Counted from the first letter of the whole stretch, positions 1 through 12,571 are shown. The stretch: DNA of 62,354 bases, filler included, from Rhabdomonas costata (GCA_019059605.1; 36 parts of 36 records of this genome joined end to end with filler, not necessarily neighbours in it), one strand, 5' to 3'. Notes: generated by a model not told the origin, from the sequence alone. Translations and numbers: made by a program.

Positions 1-989
1 GGGTGGGGGTGCCATTTGCTTTTGAATTTGCCATCTGAAACTTGGTTTGCCGTGGAGGCAAGCAGAAACAGCAGTGCTGTTTCTTAAAACGACGAGTGGT
101 GGTGGGCGGTGGCTTCCAAGTCGTGGTTAACCGACTGATGCATCGGTTGTAACTGCATTCAACGAGACTTGGTAGGACTTGGTATGGGAACCATTGAGGT
201 CTATATGACAGAGAGGCAAACGCATCGTCTTTGGCTTCTTCCTTGGTTGAGGCTCGAGCCGTGCAAATCCAGAGCGCGACATTGTCTGGTGGGATGACTG
301 GGATAGACGTGGTATCCAATTCCTAAAAAGGGGGTGAATCTTAATCATCATTCGTTAGTGGAGGAAAATCCTCCGGAGGTAGTGTTACAGAAGGGTCATG
401 AACGACAGGTTGCAATGGTGCTGATTCCGTTAGTGGTTGCGCGGTAGTTACGGGTTGGTCCAGGCAGGCAATTCAGTAGGTTCATCTGGAACGGGTGGTT
501 TTGTTAGATACAATGGTATTGCAGAACTCAGTGGAAATTGGTTGCGCACTTCACGTGCGAAGTCAATGGGGTCTTTGTATGAGTGGTCGTTAGCTGGTAC
601 CGGCGGGCCTGAACTCTCTCCCACTGGAGGTGAATGCTCCACCACTGGAGGGGATCGCCGCCTGGAAGACCGCTCAGAGTGAGTTGTTGCTGAGTCCGTG
701 GAATAAGATGCTGGACCACAGTTGGGTTCTAAGATTTCCGGTCCCATTCTTTGTTCTACTTGCGTGGGGTAATTAAATCTACACTGATCATCTGATGGCG
801 GCAATTGCGGTCCAGGTTGATAAGGACTGCCGTACGCGTCATATTTGTCGTAGTCTTGCGGTAGAAAACCAACAGGATTCAGGATTAGTGCGTGGTATGG
901 AATGAGTTGGCTGGTGTGGAAGACAGGGTCTCGTGTCAAATGATTTAGAAGTGGATTTCTAAACGCATGGACGTGCGGCTCATTACGAA

Positions 990-1450
990 CTGGTGCCCAT
1001 CTCGGCTCGCTGGTGTTTGATCTGGGTGACCAGTACAAGACTGCCTACGCGGAACTCGTAGTCCCTTCGTTTCGTTTGGCTACCATTCTTTCTTGGTTCT
1101 TTTCAAAGTCGGCCTGAATGTCTTTACAAACTTGTTTCAAACTCTTCAGAAACTTATTGCGTGTCTCTTGATCTCTGTGTGCGCAGAACTTGTCCGTGTC
1201 GGCAGCATATGGTGCATCATTTAAGATAACAGTGGAATACGTAGTTCATGTAGTAGGGACTAATTTCTGTGTTCTTCTCTGCGGTAGCTCATGGTACTTG
1301 ACAAAGGCATCCTAAAACTGGGCTGCTGTCATCTTGTTGGTTGGCATCAGATGAGCCATTTTTGGTTCCCATTTTTGTAACCGTCAGGATCTCGTCAAAT
1401 CCAGAGGATTGCCATTTCGTCCATCACAAGCAGTTGAAGTTGAAGTCCTT
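990..1450 (-). mobile_element. Decayed Ty3/Gypsy LTR-retrotransposon integrase
   Basis: Minus-strand pieces across frameshifts and stops: SGFDEILTV..TKMAHLMPTNKMTAAQF*DAFVKYHELP (cf. GFDAILVVVDRLTKMAHFIP...HGLP of the rve core) near 1280-1410, and KRRDYEFRVGSLVLV..EPRW (GPY/F module) near 990-1075. Confidence 0.65.
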
Positions 1451-1636
1451 GCAAAACTCTAAATGTACATGTCAAAGAGTGCCACTATGTAAAATCAAGC
1501 GTACAATACACCAACACCAACTTGATTAGAAGATGCCAGAATAGAATCAAAAATAAATGCGAAAACGGCACAGCTTCATTTATAGACACATTGCTTACCT
1601 TTGATCCAAAATGGCACGGTGAAGTGCCGCCCCCAC

Positions 1637-1736
1637 NNNNNNNNNNNNNNNNNNNNNNNNNNNNNNNNNNNNNNNNNNNNTTAATTAATTAANNNNNNNN
1701 NNNNNNNNNNNNNNNNNNNNNNNNNNNNNNNNNNNN
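1637..1736. other. Artificial contig linker (N44-TTAATTAATTAA-N44); first of 35 recurring about every 1.73 kb
   Basis: Identical N-flanked six-frame-stop spacer recurs (e.g. 3373-3472, 5109-5208, 6845-6944 ... 60620-60719). The fragments between are all ~1628-1638 nt, as in a length-sorted concatenated assembly. Confidence 0.98.
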
Positions 1737-2874
1737 GCGGTTGGTTGGGGCAAGTGGCTGGTCGTCGGGGTTGGGGTCAATGTCGTGGCCGCTCCCGACG
1801 TCTGCGATGGCGGAAGGAAGGCCGCCAGGTTGAAGGATCTTGGGCTTCGGTGGAGCCTGGAGAAGCTACGCGTGGAGGTGACTGCCGCTTTGGTCGGACT
1901 GAGGCACGCTCAGTCCCCCGCGAAGGCAGAGCTGTCGCGGTGGAAGGCGTCCGCTGACTTCACTGCCACAACCTACACGGAAGGATTTGAGTGGAGACCA
2001 GTTTCGGTATGTCTAAATATTATGCTGCGGGTTTTTTTGTGGTGGGGCCAAGCTGCTTTTGGACTAGTTTGATTGCCCGCCTCACTTGATTCTCCTCATT
2101 CGCCTCACACCATTGCGTTTAGCTTGAATTTTGAGTATCTCCTAACACTAGCGACCAGGTTTTAGTGTATCGCGTTTTTTCAACTTTCTCCAGTCATCTA
2201 CCCTCTATCACTACGTTTACTCGCGTGTTGTTTTGCTCTTTCTCAGCTTCTTCCCGATGGGGACCTAGAGGCGGAGAAGCTCGGGGCGACCCCTCCAAAT
2301 ATGGCGGTGAGGACGCGGTCTGCCCGGACTCGGAAGACCCTTCAGTCCACCAACGTTCTTGCCTGCCGGCAGGCGGCCGCATCCCTCCAGACTCGCCAGG
2401 GCCGCAGAACCCGCTGAGCCCTGCCCCCTGAAGATGACCCAACACAATGCCACCTTTTCCGCACTGCGCACATGAACTTCGTGGTTGGTGCTTTTTTTCG
2501 CCCCAGCTCGACATGGTATTTTGATAGGGGTTGTGTGGAAGTATGCGACGAAGTACCTCATCTCAGAAGAAAGACTATCATTTGGCAGGGCAAAAATTTG
2601 TTGTTCGTCAATTCAGGTTGATGTGCGTTTCTCAGCTACCCTGTTACCTTGTTCGTTCTCAGTTCACCTTATTTTTGCATAGTATCCTCCACTTGCTGGG
2701 TCTGTCACAAGTCGCAGAATTGCGGGATGTTGTTGTGGTTCCCCAGTGGGAGTGTGGTGCGCTCCCTATTCTGTTGCTCCGGGACACAGTGTTTATTGTT
2801 GTTGTGTGCTGCAAAATTGGGTTTTCGTGGCTACATTTATTTGTATGGCATACGTTCAGCAGTGAACCTTTTTC

Positions 2875-2970
2875 TAGGGGACAAGTGCATCGCTGCCTAA
2901 CCCTGCGAGATCAAATATCTCGTCGTAGGGGACAAGTGCATCGCTTCCTAACCCTCTGCGAAATCGAATG
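2875..2970 (+). repeat. Two-copy 51-bp tandem repeat containing a telomere-like CCTAACCCT
   Basis: TAGGGGACAAGTGCATCGCT(G/T)CCTAACCCT at 2875 and 2926; a partial TAGGACAAGTGC lies at 3342. Confidence 0.85.
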
Positions 2971-3472
2971 TAAAAAGATTCATTGGAAATGTCCATCGGA
3001 ATGGCTCCATCAACTAAAGAAAGGGGTCCTTGCCATCCAAGTTTGCTCTCCACTAGAAGTCTGGTCAGTACACACAAGCCCTGTACACACTGGCCTTCAG
3101 CAGGGAGCCACATTTTGAGCACTTAGAAGGGGGCTCTCGGAGAACCCCATAACCTCTCAGCCACTCTCGGAGCTATCTTTCGTCATTACAGAGGTCCAGG
3201 ACATCATACAGTGTCAACATCTGCAATAAAAGGAGCCTTAAAGAAAAAGGGTTCACTGCTGAACGTGTGCCATTTGTATTTTCAGTTTTGATGTCGCACT
3301 GGTTCTTCATGATTTAGATTTTGATTTTTCATTTTATGTGATAGGACAAGTGCGTTGTGGTTCCGAAACAAANNNNNNNNNNNNNNNNNNNNNNNNNNNN
3401 NNNNNNNNNNNNNNNNTTAATTAATTAANNNNNNNNNNNNNNNNNNNNNNNNNNNNNNNNNNNNNNNNNNNN

Positions 3473-4630
3473 ACCCTTTCAATTCATGGTATGGGCGTAA
3501 CAACCTTGTCAATCCATGCTATGTGTGTGGTGGTGGTGTGTTTTGGGCCATGGCATGGTGTCATTACCTGTGCTAGTAGGCATAGGGGTAGTAGCCTTGT
3601 CAGTCCTACGCTACATGTGGTGGTACATGTTGTGGTTTAGCGATGGGGTCGTCACATCAACGGTATTGGCGTAAGTGTGTGGGTGTCGCCCTGTAATGCC
3701 TGTCGTGGTGTGGTGACGTTGTGGTGGACCCTGCCCCTCGTGATGGCTTCCACAGCAGGTCATGGCATTATAGATAACGTTCACCATGCCTTAGTTATGT
3801 TGCTGTGTGCCGATGTTGTTGTTTAGCCTGTCGCTACCTGGTGGAGTTGTGCATAGTGACCATGCCCTGCATGCATAGTGGCCATGTCCTGTTATATGGT
3901 CCATGCTCCATGCAATGTATGACATTGCTTGGTGTTGGTGTTGGCGGTGGTTGGGCTGATCCAACATCGTGCAGTATGTATGCTATGGTAGTGGTGCAAC
4001 AACCACATCAACCCATGGTGCATATGGTGTGTGTTGTGTTAGTCCAGTGCAACCAGCCAGTGCCATGCATCAGGTTAGCCAGTGGTGTGGTGGAGGCATG
4101 CCACAGTAGGCCTTATGCTGTACTATTTGCTATTGGTGTTTGCTAGTGTATGCTAATATGTGCTAATAGTGTAGCAGTATAGTGTATGGTATACTATGTT
4201 TGTGTTAGCCATCCTTGTGGTGTAGTGGGCTATGGCACCAGCCATAACAGCCCAGCAACCCCACCTCACCATGGGGTCATGGCCACCACGGAGGTCGGAG
4301 TGAGTGTAACCGTGACAGCGGTGGAGCGAGTGAAGAGACAATCAACTCAAGGCGCCACCAACTCAACCTGTTGGTAGAAGGGGAGTGCATTTGCTAGCAT
4401 GCATGAGTGAAGATGCCAGAATGAGCCCAAGGATGCATACAGGGTACCAAGATGCCAAGATGTAACCCATGCACAGATGCCGATACCTGATGCAAGAATG
4501 CCACTACATGCATGAATTTAGCCATGACTCAGCCCATTACACAAATTGGCCCAAGATATAATGGATGCATGCTGATACCTGAGCCAAGATGTTCATGCTG
4601 ATACCGAGATGCCAACATGTAGGGTTATGG
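3473..4630. repeat. Degenerate, CpG-poor, TG/CA-rich repeat region (~90-bp degenerate units, then short AAGATGCCA/GATACCTGA units)
   Basis: CCTTGTCA(A/G)TCC...GTGGTGG at ~3505 and ~3596; AAGATG(C/T) recurs through 4410-4615; no credible coding frame. Confidence 0.6.
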
Positions 4631-5244
4631 GCTGATGTCACTCCTGTCGCTCAGCACCCCTCGCACTCCACTCAGACTGCTTCGCCGGACGCATAGATGT
4701 TAGTGATGTCGTTACATATACTCCCTAAATGCCCACTATATAACGCAAAAAAAAAACTCACTAATCCCACTCGCTAATGCTCGTGGGGCCCCCAAGGTTA
4801 CACACACACACACAAGGCTCGCCAACCTTTTTATTATAGGTAGCCGAACCACTTGGATTCAAATGGTATCTCAGTCAATGTCTGCCGTTGCTGCAGTTGG
4901 AAATCCAGCAGAATTGACATTCGTCCAAGGTGGGATAACTAAATGACCTTGTCTGGGTGACCTGCACCGCCACCTAACCTCCTCCCGGGAAAACGCCCAA
5001 TACTCCCACCGGACATCGTTAAAATAATTTACTACTTCCCTTTAGATATGTGGCACAACCCCCCACCTCCCTGTACGAATGTCATTTCTGATAAACTGCC
5101 CCCAAACCNNNNNNNNNNNNNNNNNNNNNNNNNNNNNNNNNNNNNNNNNNNNTTAATTAATTAANNNNNNNNNNNNNNNNNNNNNNNNNNNNNNNNNNNN
5201 NNNNNNNNAAAAATAAACGAAAAGACCGAGTGCAATGGATATAC

Positions 5245-5950
5245 CGCCGGGGAGACCCCAATGACGGACGCAATGATCGCCTTGAACGTGGTCTGGGTCA
5301 TCGTCGAGCAGTCCTGCACAGCACAGCGGGGAGAACAAGGGAGGGCGAAGGAGGAAGGGAAGACAGCACCACCAACGCAAGGGCAGGCGGGATGGCAGCC
5401 GGAGGGAAGGCAGGAACAAGAGAACGGAACAGAAGGGAAAGACAAGCCAGGCAACAGGGCAGCAGGCCGCCCGCACAAATCCACCACCCACCCACCCACA
5501 CGCACACATATATACGCACCTTGTTCATGACGACCTGGACGTTGGTGGTCGCCTGGGCCACAAGAGCGCCCGCAACGTTCAGCCCAATGATGCAGGTGGT
5601 ACCCGCAACGGTGGTGGTAATAGAGCAGCTGTAGGGTCCCGTCAGGGACAGCGAGGTGTCTGCAGAGCGGGCGGGGGGCGGGGAGAATCAGCCACAGTGC
5701 GATGTAAGCAATTGTTGAGCTGTGAACCGCTAGAGTGGAGAGGCGCACAACACAGCGGCCGATAATACCCAAACCAAACCTGGAGAACGCAGAAGCCACA
5801 AAGGAAAGGACTTGCTTGCACACAGTGTAGCAGCCATACCAACGGGGCAGTTCGTCACCGTGGGGTTCACCGCGACCAGAGACGGGCAGGCCCCCTGGGT
5901 CACCAGCAGAGGGAAGTTCTGCACGGCGTACGCATTGGGCGAGAACGTCG
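5245..5950 (-). CDS. Three internal exons (5950-5840, 5659-5520, 5313-5245) of a Thr/Val/Cys-rich, probably cell-surface protein
   Basis: All junctions are GT-AG and phase-compatible. Spliced peptide: TFSPNAYAVQNFPLLVTQGACPSLVAVNPTVTNCPVD-TSLSLTGPYSCSITTTVAGTTCIIGLNVAGALVAQATTNVQVVMNK-DCSTMTQTTFKAIIASVIGVSPA. GC3-rich codons. Confidence 0.75.
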
Positions 5951-7233
5951 CTGAGGGAAGATGGACGAGCGCTCAAACAAAGCCCAACTTGACAATCCGC
6001 AGCGAAACAAGCGCCGGCGGTAGCGGTCGTAAGGAAACGCTCGCAGAATGGTTTACACCTACCCCACTCCCCGTTTTGCGGCTTTTCCAAATGTCATTAG
6101 AAGGGCAAAAATGGGACCTTGAAGGGGCCATATCTCGGCCTATAGAAGGACTCCGAGGCCCGAGGCCGGGATGCGGCCAACCAACTCATCTCAGGAGTAC
6201 CACCATACCACCGAATATGAGCCCTAACTGGTCGAAGTCTTGAGCAGCTTTCGGCACGTGGCCCTATCTCGGACCGTGGTGCGGATCAGGCTTCTTCCAC
6301 CTTTTCCACGCTGCCGCGTTTCATATGTCCTCTCAAATGTTTCGAAACAGAGAGAAAAGCTCATTCAGTCGTTTTGTCGCCATTTGGAAACTGCCACTGT
6401 CATTTGGGTGCAGTTTTTCACCGCGTATGCAGTCGCTTTGGAAACTGCACCTTCAGGTGCCTTCAGGAGGCGACGACCTGCGACGGTCTGTCTTCACAGA
6501 GCGCCTTGGCGATCCGGTGGGGGAGAAGTCACTCTCGAAAGCATGCATACTGCTGCTTGGTGCATCGCTTCCGGAGAGTACGGAAACTGAAGTGCTGCAT
6601 CCCACTGGAGACCTGCCTGGTGATAAAGCCGCACCTTCGGGGTGCTTTGACTTCGATGCAAGCGAAATCGTGCCCACCATCCAGTCTTTTGAAGAGGTCT
6701 GCAGGTGTTCCTCCCTTCGAGCTCCTCTTGTGCAAGCGTTGCCCGCATTTTGCAGTGCTTTTCGCGAACGGCCACTTTTGCTCCGATTGCATGAGTTTGC
6801 TCAATACGGCAAGGCTCGTCGCCCTCCCCAAGCGTGAAAACGAANNNNNNNNNNNNNNNNNNNNNNNNNNNNNNNNNNNNNNNNNNNNTTAATTAATTAA
6901 NNNNNNNNNNNNNNNNNNNNNNNNNNNNNNNNNNNNNNNNNNNNGGTGGTTGTGGGGGACCCCCCCCACACACAATGTCTGTCATAATCCCGTTGCCGGG
7001 CTGGAATTGAGGTCCAGATGGGGTGTACCGGGGGTTACCCCCCCCAAAGGCCAGACTAACAGGGCGGCTGGACAATAGTAGACCAACGCACCCCTACACG
7101 CGGAACCCCTCAAGGACCCAAGGGCCATCTATGAGAGGTAACCCCCAACATAAGCCACCGCACCACATAAAAAATGTCGCGGCCGCGTTTTTGCTTTCGT
7201 CCCTGCGCGGATGTTTTCTCTTCAACCCTTGAG

Positions 7234-7591
7234 CTTGGATGGGATACGTCGACGAGCTTCGCCTGTGGAACACCACCCGCAACGCCACTGACATCCGGCG
7301 GTACATCAACACCACCGCCCCGGAGAACGCCTCAGGGCTTGTCGCGCAGTGGCACTTCAATGACCAGGGGTCCTCCGCCAGCGCGGCGTCGGCCCAGAAC
7401 TACACCCTGCAGCTGCTGTCGACGCTGAGCTTCCCTCAGCCGCCGTGCATGCCGTGGGATGTGCCGCTGCGGAGCTCGTTTGTGCCGCGGGTGTGGGTCC
7501 CCCCCGTGCGGTCGATGGTGATGGGGTACATCCCGGGCAGCCGCCTTACGGTGCCGCTGTGCGGGGGCCCGGGGTGCTCGCCAGACCCACG
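7234..7591 (+). CDS. Internal exon: C-terminal half of a LamG/concanavalin A-like (Laminin_G_3) domain
   Basis: MGYVDELRLWNTTRNATDIRRYIN...SGLVAQWHFND matches the GxIDEVRIWNxAL/S...GLVAYWxFD motif; AG before 7234 and GT at 7592. Confidence 0.8.
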
Positions 7592-9039
7592 GTACTCCGT
7601 GGTTCAGCTGGTCATTATCTGATATAGTATTATTTTCTTAGGGAGTGGGGTGGGTGGTGGAGGAGAGGAGCCCAACGGGACTAACTTAGGCGCCAACTCA
7701 CTTTGAGCTAGCGACGGAACCTGTTGCGATTTTTTTCAGCACGTGTAGTCTTTACTCTGTTTTGCGCCAAACCTTCCCATTAACCTGTCCATTTAGCCAA
7801 CGCCAGCAGAAGTGCAAACCCGTGCACGTTGGTGCCCTCGGCGGTGCCCCCCCTGAGTGCCGCGGCGTGCCTCCTGCCCACACTTTCGGGCTCCACTTGC
7901 GCGGCGACCTGCAGCTCCGGTGTGTACTGTGTGGTGGTGGCCCCCCGAAGCAGTAGATATGGAGTGCTTTGAAGGGACTCATTTTTTTCGTATAACTCCG
8001 TGTTTGTATTGATTTTTGAGGCAAAATTGAATTCTGTGAACGACTGCTTCTGAAGAAGGGCACGAAAAAGTTGGCTTTAAACCCAGCCTTGCGTGTGTGT
8101 GTGTGTGCGTGTGTGGTATATTTCTGAGTTTACAATGCAGGCAGATCCGCTGGTAAAGTTAAACACGGGTGGCCCCTCGAGAGTCCTCAGCTTCTCCACA
8201 CTCCAGCACTCCAGTATTCCGTTCGTTACTCTCTCACTCTCTCACACCTTGGCTCTTTCGCGGTCGCTGCAGGCTACTTGCCATCGTCGAGCTTCCTGTG
8301 CACCAATGGCAGCTGGAACTTCCCTGTGTGCATGCCCGTGGGTGTGTGGCCTGGCGCCTGGCTTCCTACTGCTCCCGCCTGTCTCTGCTCGTTTGTCTTG
8401 GCTCACATTCTGCTCCATTCTGCTCCATCATTGCCATACCACGTCCGTGCCTCTTAAACAACGTGTTTTCCTCTGTCTATCTCACCACTTGCTCACCCCT
8501 CCTCCCCCTATATCCTTCTCCTACATCGTTTAACATCCAACCAGAGCCACCTCGAAACACACCACCACTACCAACACAAANNNNNNNNNNNNNNNNNNNN
8601 NNNNNNNNNNNNNNNNNNNNNNNNTTAATTAATTAANNNNNNNNNNNNNNNNNNNNNNNNNNNNNNNNNNNNNNNNNNNNGGCGGGGTGTCAGTTTCCAC
8701 GGGGCAGGCAAACAACAAATATATGTACGAAGTTCGACCAAACGGCCGGAATACACAAAAATGGAAGGAAGGGCTGATGTCAGGTGAGGAAGGGGAAGAA
8801 AGTAGCACAGGACGCAGAGGAATAGGTGCACGAAACAGTAACCACGAGACCCTGGAAGTGACCCCCGTTTCCTGCATAAGTGACAAGAGAGGTGAAAAGT
8901 GGGTGAAGGGCACCGGTGGTTGAGGTCACTTCTCATAAACTCAAATCATGAACGAAACTACATACATTACAGAAATTGCATTACGCTCGCTCGCCACCCC
9001 AACCGCTGCTCGTTTATGTCAGAACGCACCGGTGACTTT

Positions 9040-9700
9040 GAGCGTTTTGCAGAGAGAGTGCAGCTTCTCGACTGCCCACAGACAAGCCTTCTCATTCTCT
9101 GCTCTTGGAGGGCTCCAAGAGCCTGCTTGGGTGCTTGCAAGCTGGTTTATGCCGCCCGCACCGCGCTCCTTGAACCTGCTCTCCAGTCCTGCTCCCTTCT
9201 TCGTTGTCATTGCCGTTGTCCTTCAACATGGGTTCGGTAGGTAGCCCTCCGAAGCCGTGGCTCTTTTCTGCCAGCGCACCTGGAGTCAGCAAATGGCTGA
9301 GCACTCACGAGTGTCGTGGGCAGCTCAAGCGACCCCTCGGGAACGTTTCCGCAGGGAATGCTCAGCCTCATGCCTCAGCCTGGTTGAATGCTGCACCCTG
9401 TGATGCCCTGTGCCTTCACTTCTCGGCCGTTGACTTCCAGCTGCTGTGTCGCCGCTGGCATGGTGTCCCTTTTTCTCCTCTCCCGAAGCTGCAATTTGCT
9501 CTGCATGCGGCCTCCAAGGGGACATCAACGGGGATCACCTTCTCAGCTGACCCAACCACGGCCGGTACACACAACGCTCTTAGAGACGCGGTGGTCCGCA
9601 TCGCAGAGGCCGCAGGAGTCTGCTGTCGGGTTGAGCAACGGGTCTCACAGGACTCCACGCAGCGTGCTGCGGACGCTCTTCTGGAAGGCTACTTCTGCAA
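9040..9700 (+). mobile_element. Decayed CRE-clade (restriction-like endonuclease) non-LTR retrotransposon, 3' part
   Basis: RACLGACKLVYAART (RT thumb-like), AQPHASAWLNAAPCDALCLHFSAVDFQLLCRRWHGVP, zinc knuckle ICSACGLQGDINGDHLLS*(C) at 9494-9550 in a shifted frame, then HNALRDAVVRIAEAAGVCCRVEQ...RAADALL (RHN...E...RPAD RLE motif). Frameshifts and a stop are present. Confidence 0.75.
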
Positions 9701-10849
9701 GGAACGTTTGTCTCCCGTACACACTGCGCTCTACTTTTTGCCCCTTTTTGTTGCTACGACCCTGTGCATTAGTGCCATCAGACCGGCTCCGTCGGTCCCC
9801 GTGGTTTTCGTTTCCTCCAAAAGCCACACCGCTCGTCACCCCCCGCTACACATCGCACCCCATGGAATCTTTCATCCCGCATCATCCCGCGCACGCACCA
9901 GTTTTTGCTGCAGTCCCCCTCCCATTTACTCTTACACCCTCCATGAGTGTGCTTTCCCGCCGTTTGAGCTCTCTACCCGTTGGCATACCTTCCCGCTTCT
10001 CACCTCTTTCTTGTTCCATACGTGTTGTGTGTTGTTGTTTGCTGTTTGCTGTTGCACGTGGACCTACCAAGTGCCGAACGGTGTTCCTGTTTGTTCTCTT
10101 TTCTCCCTGGGATGAGTTATTTTCGGCCCATTACACCTCCTATACCGTTGGGGTTATCTTCCTGGGTATCCGGCTTTCCGTCAAATTTCTTGTGCTTCGT
10201 TTTATTCGTCCTGTCGCGTCGCACCTGTCTCTGGAACCGTGTGGACATATGTTGCAGCAGCGACGTGATGTTTTGCCACATTATAGATGATAAGTTGAAA
10301 ACTCAAAACACCACACNNNNNNNNNNNNNNNNNNNNNNNNNNNNNNNNNNNNNNNNNNNNTTAATTAATTAANNNNNNNNNNNNNNNNNNNNNNNNNNNN
10401 NNNNNNNNNNNNNNNNCGGCTCACCACCGAACGTTCCACATCTGGTAACCTCCCTTCAGCCCCACGGGTCCCGGGCCATTGTCGCGCAGCTGCTCTTTTC
10501 CAGCGATACCTGCATTGCTCCTTTGCGGCTCAGGTCTCTGCGATTCCACGCTCCTTCCTTGGGGGGCTGGGGCGCTTTTTTCGCGGGAACGGCCCTTGGA
10601 GCTTTTCTTTCGGATGGGTGAACGGGCAGTACCAGTGTCTGTAGGCGTCGCCGTGCCGTGGTGAGTGTGTGTGTGAGCCCAGCCCAAGAGTTCCTACGCT
10701 TCGAAAGGGTCACCCAGCGACGTCAAAGAATTCCGCAGCCGCCCACAAAAAAAGTCATTTATGAGACACGGGTAATCACGATATTAACTAGCAAAGAAAA
10801 AGAAACCACCCTTAATTGAAACACAACGCGCGCACTCAGTTGGGGCTAC

Positions 10850-11538
10850 CAGGCAGTCCATCCCAAACGCCAGCCGCGATAGCGGCACCGACAGCATCCA
10901 GCTGATGCCAAGCGCAAACCCCAGAGCCGCCACCACAACCATCACAAGCACAATCGTCATGGTGGTATTGGTGCGGCGGATCCCGTCCAGCGTGGAGGCC
11001 GTCTTGGCCTCGATGGGGCCCATGATGGCGTCCCGGTCCACCAGAAGCACCAGGTTCACCTTCAGCCCCATCTTTGGTTGGAAACAAGACAAAAGGGTTG
11101 CGAGGAAGGAGTGGATATTCCTAACGCTTCCTTTTTTGTCCCCGTTCCTGGTCAAACACTTGCAGACCGAAAGATGGTCTTTAGTCAAAGTAAGGGTGCA
11201 TGGCAGTGGTGGCAGCGGTAGCTGTGGGAAGGGTGGAGAGAGTCGGTGCTGATTGGAGTGGGACTGCAGAGGACCTCTGTGATAATCGCGGCGGCGTCCA
11301 GCCAATACAGCTCCCCGTTGAAGGGTTGCACGGTGTCCATGGGGTCGGGAATGACCTCCCACGTGTGGTACTCCGACTGCAGCCACAGCCCAGCCGCATG
11401 AATCGTGGGGTCAGTGGAGTTCACTGGAGTGAACCTCCGGAACTCCGACACAGGCGGGGGGTTGGTCAATGGATTCAGCGTGGTGAAGTCGATGTCACTG
11501 AAGGGAAGAAATTTTCCCCAATAATATACTTCCAGTAG
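10850..11538 (-). CDS. Two internal exons (11538-11275, 11071-10850): extracellular Cache-like region, TM helix and HAMP start of a membrane receptor (receptor-cyclase type)
   Basis: GT-AG phase-0 join. ...NGELYWLDAAAIITE-MGLKVNLVLLVDRDAIMGPI...TM(IVLVMVVVAALGFALGISWML)SVPLSRLAFGMDCL; the PLxRLxxGM motif is a HAMP signature. Confidence 0.75.
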
Positions 11539-12571
11539 CTGAGGGGGGAAGAGGAGCCTCGACCGACAAATCAAACGGGTCTTCGACCGCATGCTCCACG
11601 CTACGCCGCGATGGAACATTCTTTGGGTTTCTGAGCTGATAGCAGTACACCTGCTGACAAACTCTGGCCTTCATGTTACGGAAAGTAAGCTTCGTTGAAA
11701 TCAGGTCTTATGTCTTTCGAAAGGTCCGCAAGGTCCAGGAGGTACGTGCGAGTAGGTGAACGACCTGTCGGGCATAGACACACACGATGGGTGAACGCAG
11801 GGTTTCTCATTTTATAGCAGGCTCCACCGTAAATTGGGAGTTTTGTCGGCGCCGTTCAAGCACTGGGTTTAGGGCTGAGCGGCACGAAATCAGGGCAGCC
11901 AGTGTGTCGGCTGACGCTTGGCGTTGAAGGTGCACGCCGTGCACCCGAAACACGCCTATGTCACCTTCAAAAGACTGCTCTTTAGGCAGAAACTTCGCCT
12001 TTGCACGGTGTACCTAAAAGTCTGAAAGGACTGGAGATTTACTCCCCACAAACCNNNNNNNNNNNNNNNNNNNNNNNNNNNNNNNNNNNNNNNNNNNNTT
12101 AATTAATTAANNNNNNNNNNNNNNNNNNNNNNNNNNNNNNNNNNNNNNNNNNNNGGTGGTGTTGCGTTCCACATTTGGGGCAGTTAAGCGCGGGTGTCAA
12201 GTTGCTGTCGTCCAGAGAGGATCCAAAGTACAAAGGTTGGCCGCAGATCTGGCGGAACAAAGAGCAAAAGAGCACATGCCGCAACCCCTTCCGGTGCACG
12301 CACTGGGGCAGTGCCCCTCGAAGTAAGTAAATTAGCAAAAGTCCATGTTCTGCTTCAGTTCAGGAACTTCTTGGAACCCGAACATGGCCCGCAATAAAAT
12401 ACAAAAAGGAATCGCTCCGGTTCGCGGTTCGGGTTTGCGAGCTTCGCAACTGTTGGCTGGAGCTGTGCGGTATTAACGCAGTTGTCACTGCCATTAAAAA
12501 GGACATGCACAGAACGGAACAGACCCAACAACTTGCAGGATTGTGAGGTTGCGGATGCGCAAAAAGTGAAC

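Noticed and set aside
5161..6090. 309-aa minus-strand ORF in the track (and similar long ORFs such as 9388-10290, 14500-15201, 6325-6837)
   Set aside because: These are off-frame or antisense shadows of GC-rich spliced genes or elements, with no recognisable motifs.
6945..6972. G/T-rich starts and C/A-rich ends of nearly every fragment, resembling telomere addition
   Set aside because: The tails are short, non-periodic and variable, consistent with low-complexity library tailing rather than telomerase repeats.
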